A stretch of 36,270 bases of DNA, from the IMG/VR virus record IMGVR_UViG_3300030606_000028, positions 1 through 36,270 of that record. One strand, written 5' to 3'. Numbering within the stretch: the first letter of the stretch is position 1; every line of letters starts with the position of its first letter. The notes under the pieces are model-generated. The model was given only the letters and a program-made list of their open reading frames with translations, searched no databases and was not told the origin of the DNA. The DNA comes from a virus (Duplodnaviria > Caudoviricetes). The position numbers were made by a program, and so were the translations under genes. Shown piece after piece: positions 7,058 through 15,341 of this stretch.

Positions 7058-7647
7058 GCGGCTAGCTCCTCCTTTTCTTCTGGCTTCTCGGTCAGCGCTT
7101 CCAGCACGGCCATGATCCGCTTGCGGTAGCTGGTCCCGGCGTTGCTGATGCCCAACGCCTCTGCGATCCGGCTTTGGATGCCTCGGATCGGGGAGCCGTC
7201 TGGATTAAAAAGATCCGAAAAAGAAAAAAAACTTTGAATTGTTTCCAGATCGGCTGTGAGTTGGGGGGCGGGGCCGGTCTGGCTCTCGCCCCCGGTGATG
7301 AGACCGCTTAGCACGGCTCGGACGTCGGGCGCTATCTCTTGGAGGATTGGAGACTGCTCGAAATATTGGATGACCATTTGCGGGGTTATCCAATCGAGGG
7401 TTTGGCTGTGCGGGGCCAGGCGCTGGTGGCCGGGGGGGATGAGCCCGAGGCTGGATTTTATGTCGGCGACTATGGGCTCCAGGATCTTGAGTAAGGTGGC
7501 TGGTTGGGCTTTGATGATCTGGTCAAGGCCGTCCGTGGTCCTGATTCGGATGTAGCAGAAAAATCCGTGCTGGCCGTGGCTGAGCTTGACGGGCACGCTC
7601 TGGCTGCCGCCGCGTTGGAGGCGCTGGAGCTTGACTTTACCGTCCAT
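7054..7647 (-). CDS. Hypothetical protein, possible C-terminal HTH
   Basis: 197 aa coupled ORF containing IQSRIAEALGIS. Confidence 0.65.
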   Translation of the reverse strand: MDGKVKLQRLQRGGSQSVPVKLSHGQHGFFCYIRIRTTDGLDQIIKAQPATLLKILEPIVADIKSSLGLIPPGHQRLAPHSQTLDWITPQMVIQYFEQSPILQEIAPDVRAVLSGLITGGESQTGPAPQLTADLETIQSFFSFSDLFNPDGSPIRGIQSRIAEALGISNAGTSYRKRIMAVLEALTEKPEEKEELAA

Positions 7648-7867
7648 CGCAGACGTACCCCCGCAGTAGGGTATTCTGGCAGGTTCGGACGCCGGCGCCG
7701 AGGCCGTGCTCGCTCGCGCCGTCGTCCATCATAACAATGATGGCCATGCCGATGATGGCTATCCAGATCAGGCAGCCGAGCGTGGACATGCCTGGCTCTT
7801 TGACCCCGACAATTTTTCCGTCCCGGATTTTGACATCCAGGTTGTTAGGGGTGGTATTGTCATCCAT
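7637..7867 (-). CDS. Small single-TM membrane protein
   Basis: LGCLIWIAIIGMAIIVMM; AAAGGA SD. Confidence 0.6.
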   Translation of the reverse strand: MDDNTTPNNLDVKIRDGKIVGVKEPGMSTLGCLIWIAIIGMAIIVMMDDGASEHGLGAGVRTCQNTLLRGYVCDGR

Positions 7868-8004
7868 AATGCGTTCCTTTCTATGGTATAATAGTGACGG
7901 CCCGGCGCGAGCGTTCCCGCCGGGCTGCCCCCGGTTGGCGATGCAGGGCCGGCCGGGGGCTTTTGATAGAATTAAAAATTAAGAATGAAAAATTAAGAAT
8001 TAGT

Positions 8005-8343
8005 TTAGCTTTCCTCCTGTTGATAATTGTTGGCCGGGTTTTCATCCTCGGCCATTTTTATTTGGGTGAGTGGGACCGGCTCGCTCCAGCGGTACCAAAT
8101 CCGGTACCAGTTGTTGCGCTCCTCACGGATTGTGCGGGCGGAGCTGGGGATTTTGAAGGCCCGGATGTGCTCGTGCTTACTTACGTCTCTGGGCCAGTTC
8201 CCGAAGCGAGCAATACACAGGTCGAACTGGTTGCCCCAGAACAGGGTTAGGTGAGTCTCGCCGATGCTGCGCCGGGCCTGGCCTCTCATCTTGGCTTCGG
8301 CTTTCATTATTTCGGCCAGCTTCTCTAACTGGGTGGGTCTCAT
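8005..8343 (-). CDS. Hypothetical protein
   Basis: 112 aa; GGAGG SD; coupled to the upstream gene. Confidence 0.65.
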   Translation of the reverse strand: MRPTQLEKLAEIMKAEAKMRGQARRSIGETHLTLFWGNQFDLCIARFGNWPRDVSKHEHIRAFKIPSSARTIREERNNWYRIWYRWSEPVPLTQIKMAEDENPANNYQQEES

Positions 8344-8777
8344 ACGTAGGGCCTCCCTTCACAGTGGGGGCTGAGATCGAGGGGTAATCTTATCCGGTAG
8401 AATGGGTGTTCCTCGATGACCCGGTTCTGAGCGTTGAGGAGTTTTATGCCGAAATAGGGCTGGATGAAGTCGCCCCAGTGCCACAGCACGCGCCGGGCTA
8501 GCAGGTAGCCGCCGATGATTCGCCCGGTGATGAGGGCGCGGGCGAATCGGGCTGCGGCCAGGTTGGTGACCTGGGGGGATAGGCCAAAATTGTGGCCTGT
8601 TAGGGCTAGGTAGAGCCAGGCGGCCGGCTCTCCTCGGATGACCAGTTTTCCCGAAGGCGGCGGCTCGTTCAGGTCATCGAGACCAACGGCCTCGATGGCG
8701 TACAGGTCGCCTGTGATCCGCACTGCGAATGAGACGGGTAACGGCCTTGGGTTGCTGAAGTTCAGTTTGTAGTACAT
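8340..8777 (-). CDS. Hypothetical protein
   Basis: ATG at 8777 with AGGAG SD. Confidence 0.6.
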   Translation of the reverse strand: MYYKLNFSNPRPLPVSFAVRITGDLYAIEAVGLDDLNEPPPSGKLVIRGEPAAWLYLALTGHNFGLSPQVTNLAAARFARALITGRIIGGYLLARRVLWHWGDFIQPYFGIKLLNAQNRVIEEHPFYRIRLPLDLSPHCEGRPYV

Positions 8778-9043
8778 AGGCCACTCCTGGCGAGAATTTT
8801 GGCGGCCAGCCAGATGTAGGCCAGATCGGCGCGCCACTCGATGAGCCACAGGTGGAGGTCGTGGGACGTGGAACGTAGGACGTGGGAGGTGTGGAACGTG
8901 AAACGTGAAATGTGAATATAAAAAAAATCAGGAAAAAAAATTACCAGGTAGATGATCCTCCCGATGTAGTTCTGCACGGCCTGGCCGTGATCGTCCCGAA
9001 TTTGGGCGTTGGCGCTGATGGCCAGGGTCAGGGTGTGTTGCAT
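8762..9043 (-). CDS. Hypothetical protein
   Basis: ATG at 9043 with AAGGAG SD. Confidence 0.5.
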   Translation of the reverse strand: MQHTLTLAISANAQIRDDHGQAVQNYIGRIIYLVIFFPDFFYIHISRFTFHTSHVLRSTSHDLHLWLIEWRADLAYIWLAAKILARSGLCTTN

Positions 9044-9258
9044 AGTTGGGTCTCCTTGAGTTGTTCCCGGCAGCGGCTTAGCTCCCCGGCGGCGACCATG
9101 CAGTCTTCGGCCCATTGGAAGGCGGTCCGGTTCCACTCGGCCGCCTCGATCTCTAGCTCTGCGATGCGCAGGTTTTGCAGCCGGATGATCTCGATTAGAT
9201 CGCTGGGGTTATTAGCCAGTTGGTTCAGGATTTCGGGAGGGAAGGGTTGCTTCTTCAT
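9028..9258 (-). CDS. Hypothetical coiled-coil protein
   Basis: 76 aa coupled ORF. Confidence 0.55.
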   Translation of the reverse strand: MKKQPFPPEILNQLANNPSDLIEIIRLQNLRIAELEIEAAEWNRTAFQWAEDCMVAAGELSRCREQLKETQLCNTP

Positions 9259-9917
9259 CGTCGCCTGCCTCTCCGGGGTTTCTGTTTGCGGTCGGGCCGG
9301 CTGTCGTGGGGGTGTGCGAGGGGTGCGCCCGGCCCCGGCCCGGTCCAGGCGGCCATGGCCTGGATGACCAATAGCGTCGTCTTGGCGTCGATCAGGGCGT
9401 TGTGAGCGCCCTCGGTTGGAATTTTGAACATTTTGGCTGCGACTTCGAGTTTCTTCCAGCGGTAGCTATCGCGTCGCCCCCGCTCTCCGTAGAACTCGGC
9501 GAAGGCCTCCATGGCACAATAAGCCTGGTGGATGTTTAAATCCAGCCCCAGGTTGTAGCGCCGGACGGTTTGCCCGATGAGTCTCAGGTCGAAGGCGCGG
9601 TTGTAGATTACGACCGACCGGCCGGTTGTGATCTGGACGATCCGGGGCCAAACTTCGGCGAACATTGGCGCGGTCCGGGTCTGGACGTAGCTCAGGCCGT
9701 GGGCGGCCTGAGCGCTGGGGTCGCTCTGTTTGGTGTGCTGTAGCAGGGTGTGGAGCAGGATGTTGAGATTCTGGTCGATTATGGCGATGGAGACCAGCTC
9801 GTCTTTGGCTCCAAATCCTGTGGTCTCGGTGTCGAGCACCACAAAATCGCGGCGCAGCATTTGCTGCGCCCACTGAACTGCGTTAGCTCGGCTCACTGGG
9901 TTCCTCCTTTGGATCAA
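9255..9917 (-). CDS. DEDDh 3'-5' exonuclease (DNA Pol III epsilon-like)
   Basis: VLDTETTG, YNRAFD and HNALID motifs; true start may be slightly downstream. Confidence 0.9.
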   Translation of the reverse strand: MIQRRNPVSRANAVQWAQQMLRRDFVVLDTETTGFGAKDELVSIAIIDQNLNILLHTLLQHTKQSDPSAQAAHGLSYVQTRTAPMFAEVWPRIVQITTGRSVVIYNRAFDLRLIGQTVRRYNLGLDLNIHQAYCAMEAFAEFYGERGRRDSYRWKKLEVAAKMFKIPTEGAHNALIDAKTTLLVIQAMAAWTGPGPGAPLAHPHDSRPDRKQKPRRGRRR

Positions 9918-10137
9918 CGAAGTCGTCTCTGGCTAGAACGCTGTCGCCTTTTTCTCTGAGCTTGGCTCGGATGAAGTCCCGGCCAGCTTTTGTTTTGAGG
10001 AAGCGGTCGATTCGTCCTTCGACCTCATAGCACCAGTTGCACATCTTGGTGACTATCGCCTCGGTGGGATCCCCGCAAAATTTGCAGGGTGTGGTTTCTA
10101 CTTGGTTATAGATTTGTTTATAGAGTTTCGTTGGCAT
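9883..10137 (-). CDS. Small CxxC-CxxC protein
   Basis: CKFC...CNWC; GGAGGA SD. Confidence 0.6.
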   Translation of the reverse strand: MPTKLYKQIYNQVETTPCKFCGDPTEAIVTKMCNWCYEVEGRIDRFLKTKAGRDFIRAKLREKGDSVLARDDFVDPKEEPSEPS

Positions 10138-10366
10138 TGGGTTCCTCCTCCGTGGTCACCCGGATGTGACCAATTTGAACTTGGTGGTCGGCGACGATAG
10201 TCAGGCCGTTGATGAAAATTTCGCCTGGCAGCTCGCACGGGTTGAATCGCGCTTCGCGGGGCGTTAGCCCGCTGGTGTGTTCACTGGTCTCGAACAGGGT
10301 GCGTGCTTTTTGGACTTCTACGCTTAGGCTTTGGCCGTTGCGTCGGTGTAGGACTCCGGTTCTCAT
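10118..10366 (-). CDS. Hypothetical protein
   Basis: ATG at 10366 with GAGGT SD, overlapping the upstream stop. Confidence 0.55.
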   Translation of the reverse strand: MRTGVLHRRNGQSLSVEVQKARTLFETSEHTSGLTPREARFNPCELPGEIFINGLTIVADHQVQIGHIRVTTEEEPNANETL

Positions 10367-10722
10367 AGGGTCACCTCGCCTTCTGTGATTATTTCGACTA
10401 AGCCACCGTCGAGCCTGATTAGGGCCTGGAAGGTGACGCAGGGGATGTCGGTTTCTGTCACTGAAAAAAAGCGATCGATTAGGATGGCTGCGGTGGGGTC
10501 CGGTGGGGGGATGATGGCGTCCGGCTGTCCATAATCGTCCAGAGCGGACCAGCATACCTCCTCGACTTGCCAGACGAGGGATTTTTCCGGGTCGAGGGGG
10601 AGGGGGAGGGGGATGGTTACGATGGCAACGGTGGTTTGGCCGAGTTTCTCCAGGATCTGCATTTCGGTGGGTCCGGTTGTGCTGCCTAGAGGATGTGAGA
10701 AATTAAAAATAAGCTTAATCAT
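10363..10722 (-). CDS. Csx15-like protein (divergent; candidate cyclic oligoadenylate-binding protein or ring nuclease)
   Basis: N-terminal IFNFSHPL, central LDPEKSLVWQV, IIPPP..AAIL and C-terminal VEII match my recollection of Csx15; 119 aa. Confidence 0.55.
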   Translation of the reverse strand: MIKLIFNFSHPLGSTTGPTEMQILEKLGQTTVAIVTIPLPLPLDPEKSLVWQVEEVCWSALDDYGQPDAIIPPPDPTAAILIDRFFSVTETDIPCVTFQALIRLDGGLVEIITEGEVTL

Positions 10723-10758
10723 TGGTCTTGTCCTTTCGGTTGTAGGTAATAAAAAAAA

Positions 10759-10998
10759 TTAAAAATTAAACGTAAGTAACTCATCGGCCAGGATAGCTCT
10801 GACCACCTCATCCAGGGTGGTCAGGAGTGTCCCGTCCCAGGCCCAGTAATGGCGGGTGCCCCGGGTTAGGTGAGTCTCGATTTCCTGGGTTAACTGGAAG
10901 ATGAGTTGATACTCGGTCACCTGGAATGTTATGGCTTTGGCGAACCGTGCCCGGTCCTCCAGCCAGGCTTTGTAGTCCGCTATGGCTTGGTGGATCAT
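10759..10998 (-). CDS. Hypothetical protein
   Basis: ATG at 10998 overlaps the stop of the rep gene. Confidence 0.6.
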   Translation of the reverse strand: MIHQAIADYKAWLEDRARFAKAITFQVTEYQLIFQLTQEIETHLTRGTRHYWAWDGTLLTTLDEVVRAILADELLTFNF

Positions 10999-11765
10999 CG
11001 GATGATCGCCTTGTCCCGCCACCATTCGGTTTCTTTCTCCGCAGCCGCCTCTGGTGGCTGCTGGCCCTCGACCACCTTGGCCCAGATCAAGGCCGGCCGG
11101 GCGGTGATCAGCGCCCCGTTGTCCCAGGCCTCGCGCCACCGGGCCAGGTTGGCCGCGATCGCGCCGTCTGCGTCGTGGAACATCAATATCTGGGCCGGGG
11201 TGTGCTCCCGAATTAAGTCTGGGGCGGTGTCGAAACGCTGGCACAAATTGGCGTTGATGCCGAGCCGGGCCAGATGTTGTTGCGCTTGGATGTCGAGCGC
11301 TCCCAGGTTTTGGTTGTGGTCCTCCTCGATCAAGGTCATCTGTTCGTCGGGTAATTTCTTGCGCTTCGAGGGCTCCCGTTTTGGGACTCCTATTTCGGGT
11401 ACCCTTACTACTGCTACCTCTTGATCAGGGGGGTTCTCTACATTTAAAGTAGTAGTAGTAGTAGTACTGCTCGAATTGGGAGTCCTGTTTTGGGAGTCCC
11501 AAAATGGGAGCCCCAACCCGCGCCGGCTGAGTTCGTAGGTGTGGGGCCGGTGTTGGAGAGTGGGCGTTAGGTTGGCGACTAAGCCGGTCCGGACCAACCG
11601 GTGTAGAGCGCGACGTAGGCGGTTGCGTCCGATGCTGGTCTGTCTGGCCAGGGTTGGGATCGACTCCTGAAGCCGGCCGGAACGCCGGATGAGACAGAGC
11701 AGATAGGCGTCGAGTAGGCCCAGCTCCTGCACGGCCTGGTCGGGAATACAAATCGTGTCGGTCAT
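10995..11765 (-). CDS. Replication initiator-like protein with N-terminal winged HTH
   Basis: SIPTLARQTSIGRNRLRRALHRLVRTGLV; low-complexity linker with internal direct repeats, as in lambda O-type genes. Confidence 0.65.
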   Translation of the reverse strand: MTDTICIPDQAVQELGLLDAYLLCLIRRSGRLQESIPTLARQTSIGRNRLRRALHRLVRTGLVANLTPTLQHRPHTYELSRRGLGLPFWDSQNRTPNSSSTTTTTTLNVENPPDQEVAVVRVPEIGVPKREPSKRKKLPDEQMTLIEEDHNQNLGALDIQAQQHLARLGINANLCQRFDTAPDLIREHTPAQILMFHDADGAIAANLARWREAWDNGALITARPALIWAKVVEGQQPPEAAAEKETEWWRDKAIIR

Positions 11766-11839
11766 GAGTTTGTCCTCACAATAAACTCCTTTGTTTTGAT
11801 TTTCCGGTACTATTGTGCTATCATCCCTCGTGGGGAAGT

Positions 11840-11877
11840 GAACAGGCGTTCTTAACTAGCTTGTAAAACGGCTGTTC
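11840..11877. promoter_or_regulatory. LexA/SOS boxes between rep and integrase
   Basis: GAAC-AGGC-GTTC at 11840-11851 and AAAC-GGCT-GTTC at 11866-11877, downstream of TGcTATCAT (11816-11824). Confidence 0.6.
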
Positions 11878-11938
11878 TAGTAGTCTGAGGTCCGAATTTC
11901 TGATATTCTGTTGTTAATTAAATGGAATAGAGGACCCC

Positions 11939-12937
11939 ATGAAGCCGCAATTACGCCTGATCCAAAAACCGTCTCAGCCGGCGCTGTTGGCTGTGACCAA
12001 TGAGCTTGAGCTAAGCCTGCGTGAGTATGACCGCTATCTCAAACTCCGGCAGCGTTCGCCCGGTACCCGGGAGAAATATGCCGCCTACCTGGCCAACCTG
12101 GTTGGCTGGCTGGCTGAGCGCCGGGTCGTCCGGCCCGCTCAGTTGACTCGCCTGTTGATCCGCGAATGGGCGGCCGATCTGCCTGAGGCGTGGAGTCCGG
12201 CTACGCTGCGCCTGGCTCTGGCTGTGGCCCGGGCCTGGCTGGGCTGGCTCTACCGGGAACGGCTCATTGAGGAGGCTCTGGCCGATGTGCTGGAGGCGGT
12301 CCCGGTTCGGAAACGTATCCAGCGCACGCTTAGCGCCGCTGAGGTGCAGGTGCTGCTCGACGCCTGTGTCCCTGGGACTCTCAGGGGACTCCGGGATGCG
12401 GCTATTGTGAGCCTGATGGTCGACTCTGGGCTGCGGGCGTCGGAGTTGTGCCGGCTGCGGGTGAATGATGTCCAGATGAATTTGAAATTTGGTGAAGTAA
12501 AAATAAACTTTGTAGTCGTGGTGGGTAAGGGGGGCGATGAGAACCCGGCTTATTTCGGGCAGGCAACCCTGGCCCGGCTGCAAGCCTGGCTGTCGGTGCG
12601 CTTCGCCCGGCGGGATGTCTCCGAGGTGTTTACTTCGCTCGGTGGGATTACCCCGGGCTGCGGACTGACCCGGTTCGGGTTGGGGGATCTGTTGCGAAAA
12701 CTTGGAGATCGGGCCGGTGTCCAGGGGGTAAGTCCGCATGCGCTGCGCCGGGCTTTTGCCTGCCTGGCCGATGAGGCGGGAGCCTCGTCGCTCAAGATCC
12801 AGCGATGGGGCCGGTGGTCGAGCCTGGCAATGGTCGAGCGTTACACCCAGGCCCTGGCCCCGGGCCGGGAGTATCCTGGGTACAGCCCGATGGATTACCT
12901 GGAGAAGAAACCAGAACAACCGCCCAGAAATATCTAG
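11939..12937 (+). CDS. Tyrosine recombinase / integrase
   Basis: SAM-like N-terminus; catalytic motifs SGLRASEL, VGKGG, PHALRRAFA and ERY. Confidence 0.93.
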   Translation: MKPQLRLIQKPSQPALLAVTNELELSLREYDRYLKLRQRSPGTREKYAAYLANLVGWLAERRVVRPAQLTRLLIREWAADLPEAWSPATLRLALAVARAWLGWLYRERLIEEALADVLEAVPVRKRIQRTLSAAEVQVLLDACVPGTLRGLRDAAIVSLMVDSGLRASELCRLRVNDVQMNLKFGEVKINFVVVVGKGGDENPAYFGQATLARLQAWLSVRFARRDVSEVFTSLGGITPGCGLTRFGLGDLLRKLGDRAGVQGVSPHALRRAFACLADEAGASSLKIQRWGRWSSLAMVERYTQALAPGREYPGYSPMDYLEKKPEQPPRNI

Positions 12938-13006
12938 TTTCGGGGCCGGTGTTCGAGTGATTTAGAACAGCGAAAAAGAAATTTTAGCAGGGTGGGGTTG
13001 GGGGGT

Positions 13007-13056
13007 CGAAACTCATAATTTCGGGGTCGCTGGTTCAAATCCAGCCATCAGCATCA
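13007..13056 (+). other. 3' half of a tRNA with CAT anticodon; probable attP core
   Basis: Anticodon arm CGAAA-CTCATAA-TTTCG, variable loop GGGTC, T arm GCTGG-TTCAAAT-CCAGC; no D arm or matching 5' acceptor strand; 70 bp from the integrase. Confidence 0.8.
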
Positions 13057-13172
13057 TTGGGTCTCTATTCGGTTGTTAAAATCTCGCTCGTAGCGACGGA
13101 GAGAGATTAGAGTTTTACACGGAGGCCTTTGATTGGCGTCGTCAGCCTGGCCGGGCTGGCGGCGTCTTTTTT

Positions 13173-13361
13173 CTACGCGGCGAGTAGGGCCGGCTCCTCT
13201 ATGTCTTCGTCCTGTCCGCGCTCGCGTAGCAGATTCTCCAGGGCTTCCTGGACTAAATCTTTCATGGTGGTTCCTTCCTCGATGGCGAGGATCTTGATCC
13301 GGCGGACAAGGTCGGCGGGTAGCCAGACGCCTATTCGTTCCTCTTTTCTTTCTTCTTCCAT
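13173..13361 (-). CDS. Ribbon-helix-helix repressor
   Basis: RIGVWLPADLVRRIKILAIEEGTTMKDLVQEAL; ATG at 13361 with GGAGG. Confidence 0.8.
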   Translation of the reverse strand: MEEERKEERIGVWLPADLVRRIKILAIEEGTTMKDLVQEALENLLRERGQDEDIEEPALLAA

Positions 13362-13385
13362 TGTTTGGCCTCCGTGGGTGTGAAT

Positions 13386-13433
13386 TTGCGTAAATGCGTA
13401 TGTGAGTGTATCATGTCTGAAAGGAAAAGTCAA
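13386..13433. promoter_or_regulatory. Overlapping divergent sigma70-type promoters (genetic switch)
   Basis: Plus: TTGCGT-17-TATCAT (13386-13414). Minus: TTGACT-17-TACACT (13433-13405). Confidence 0.7.
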
Positions 13434-13475
13434 TCCCCAAATGGGGAAAATAAATGGAATAAGGGGAGAAAAAAA

Positions 13476-13745
13476 ATGACTAAAAAAGTTCATAAAGGAT
13501 TGGTGGTTCGGTTTGGGCAGTGGCTGACCTATCAGCCGGGCAGCCATCTGACCAGTGCGCTAAAATTGGTTGAGTGCGCCCGGGCCGAATCGGGGATTAT
13601 TGGGGCCAGGATCGAGGCGGCTATCAACAATAGCGATCTGCTCCTGCGGCAGGGGTTGATTGAGAAGATGAAAGCGGAATTTAGCCAGGCTGAGGTTGAG
13701 CATTTGCTGACGATCGATCGGGAGGGACCCTATGAGTGGGACTAG
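13476..13745 (+). CDS. Hypothetical protein
   Basis: ATG at 13476 after GGGGAG. Confidence 0.6.
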   Translation: MTKKVHKGLVVRFGQWLTYQPGSHLTSALKLVECARAESGIIGARIEAAINNSDLLLRQGLIEKMKAEFSQAEVEHLLTIDREGPYEWD

Positions 13746-13977
13746 CCCGATTGATGAGTTTGTGGCCATATTCGATGATCTACCGCCTGAGGAGCGGCTC
13801 CGGGCGGCCTATGAGGCGATCATTGAGTTGGTCGCCCAGGGTCGTCTGGTGGTAGTGTACATCCAGGACGACGACGACTATGGCATCTATCATATCGAGC
13901 ATTCGACCGATGCTGAGTTGGAGCATGCGCTCAGCCCGGCCGAGCTGCGAGCGATGTGGTTTAAGGAGAAAAATTAA
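13732..13977 (+). CDS. Hypothetical acidic protein
   Basis: 81 aa; GGAGG SD. Confidence 0.65.
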   Translation: MSGTSPIDEFVAIFDDLPPEERLRAAYEAIIELVAQGRLVVVYIQDDDDYGIYHIEHSTDAELEHALSPAELRAMWFKEKN

Positions 13978-14214
13978 ATGAGAGAATTTCCTGATCGAGA
14001 GCTCTGCCCCTTTTGTGGGGATGATGATCCGCTGGTTCAGGCGGATTCGTCGGGGGGGCGGGTCGACTATTATGTGGAGTGTGGGAGTTGCCGGGCGCAG
14101 GGGCCGGTGGCCTCCTCGGATGAGGAGGCTATCCGGCTCTGGAACCGGAACGTCGATGATCAGATCGACCGAGATTGGCAGCGGCTACGGCGGGTTTTCG
14201 GGAATTGGGGGTAG
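13978..14214 (+). CDS. Lar-family restriction alleviation protein
   Basis: CPFCG...YYVECGSCRAQGP...AIRLWNR. Confidence 0.8.
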   Translation: MREFPDRELCPFCGDDDPLVQADSSGGRVDYYVECGSCRAQGPVASSDEEAIRLWNRNVDDQIDRDWQRLRRVFGNWG

Positions 14215-14219
14215 GTGTG

Positions 14220-14420
14220 ATGAGTGATTGGATCAAATCAGAGGATCGATTGCCGGAGCGGGGACAGGGCTGTTTCATCCGGCGGCTGTTCCGGGGAGTG
14301 GTGGAGTATGATACTGCTGTCTGGACCGGTGGGGATTGGGATAATGGATTTGATTATATCCTGCCTGAGGAGGTGACCCACTGGATGCCGGTGGTCGATC
14401 CGGAGGAAGAAAAAAAATGA
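14220..14420 (+). CDS. DUF551-like phage protein
   Basis: WIKSEDRLPE...VTHWMP. Confidence 0.75.
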   Translation: MSDWIKSEDRLPERGQGCFIRRLFRGVVEYDTAVWTGGDWDNGFDYILPEEVTHWMPVVDPEEEKK

Positions 14421-14707
14421 GATTAAAAATAGATAATCTGGCGCGCCGGGCGGTCTGGCTGCCTGGCGATTCGGTCGGGGATGGTCGGCGCTATTACGAA
14501 CTGCGGGGGGCGATCATCGTCTGTCGGGGCGGTCTGGCTTTGCCCGACCTGTTGGGGGCGGTGGTTGATTGCTCGGTGGGCTGGGATACGGTGATGGCTG
14601 GCTTTACCCTGGATGAGGCTCGAATTGGGCAGCGCCGGACCAAAGTCACGATTTACCGCCGTTTATTTGGGGTTGAGGCTGAGCGCCGGCTGTCGGATTT
14701 GCTCTAG
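14417..14707 (+). CDS. Hypothetical protein
   Basis: 96 aa coupled ORF. Confidence 0.55.
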   Translation: MRLKIDNLARRAVWLPGDSVGDGRRYYELRGAIIVCRGGLALPDLLGAVVDCSVGWDTVMAGFTLDEARIGQRRTKVTIYRRLFGVEAERRLSDLL

Positions 14708-14734
14708 CTCGGATGTTCGGGTATAATAGTTGGA

Positions 14735-15001
14735 CTACCTTATTCTCTCATTTTGACGGCTTTACCTCCGGGGCGCGAGCACCCTCCCGCGCCCCAACCT
14801 CCTTACTTCGATGCTAATTTTTTTCCATCGAGAGGTGGCCAGGCGCTGCGATGGGTTGATGAGGGGTGGGTAGCCTGGATATCCCACTCACACACACGAG
14901 CCGGGCGTAGCTTGGGGAGAGGTCCCCCGGTGATTGGGCCTCCCTCCGGAATTTGGTCCCCTATATATTGATCTAAGCCCCCGGCCAGACGGGGGCTTTT
15001 G
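14735..15001 (+). ncRNA. Candidate sRNA 1
   Basis: TATAAT at ~14723; ends at AAGCCCCCG-gccaga-CGGGGGCTTTT. Confidence 0.35.
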
Positions 15002-15003
15002 CT

Positions 15004-15032
15004 TTGACACAGAACTGCTGTTCTGGTACAAT
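15004..15032 (+). promoter_or_regulatory. Consensus promoter with a LexA box in the spacer
   Basis: TTGACA-17-TACAAT containing AGAAC-TGCT-GTTCT. Confidence 0.8.
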
Positions 15033-15038
15033 ACCTTT

Positions 15039-15152
15039 CGATAGACTTCTCCTCCTTTGAGCGACGGCCCCGGTTAGTGGGGAATGAGCCGGGGCCGTTG
15101 TATGGCGAATGGTTTGGGAGGGACCCGCTGCACTAGCAGCGGGTCTTTTTTA
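15039..15152 (+). ncRNA. Candidate SOS-regulated sRNA 2
   Basis: Lies between the promoter at 15004-15032 and terminator GACCCGCTGC-acta-GCAGCGGGTC-T6; internal hairpin; CTCCTCCT motif. Confidence 0.5.
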
Positions 15153-15195
15153 TTGCGAGTTTTCGCATCTGTGGGACTGAGCATTTGGGAGGGAT

Positions 15196-15224
15196 TTGAC
15201 ATAGAACCTGTGTTCTGGTAAGAT
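15196..15224 (+). promoter_or_regulatory. Consensus promoter with a LexA box in the spacer
   Basis: TTGACA-17-TAAGAT containing AGAAC-CTGT-GTTCT. Confidence 0.8.
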
Positions 15225-15230
15225 TGTTTT

Positions 15231-15341
15231 TGCCCGGCGGCGCGCATGTCGCGTTGCCGGGTGTTGTTTTCTTCTCCTTTTGAATAGACCCCGTTTTCGG
15301 CAGCGCGTCGCTGGTTGCCGAGGGCGGGGTCATTTTTATTT
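15231..15341 (+). ncRNA. Candidate sRNA 3 or attenuated leader of the late operon
   Basis: Hairpin, TTCTCCT, then GACCCCG...CGGGGTC followed by a T-rich tract. Confidence 0.4.

Noticed and set aside
12985-13056. Complete tRNA gene
   Set aside because: No D arm and no 5' strand pairing with the acceptor 3' strand.
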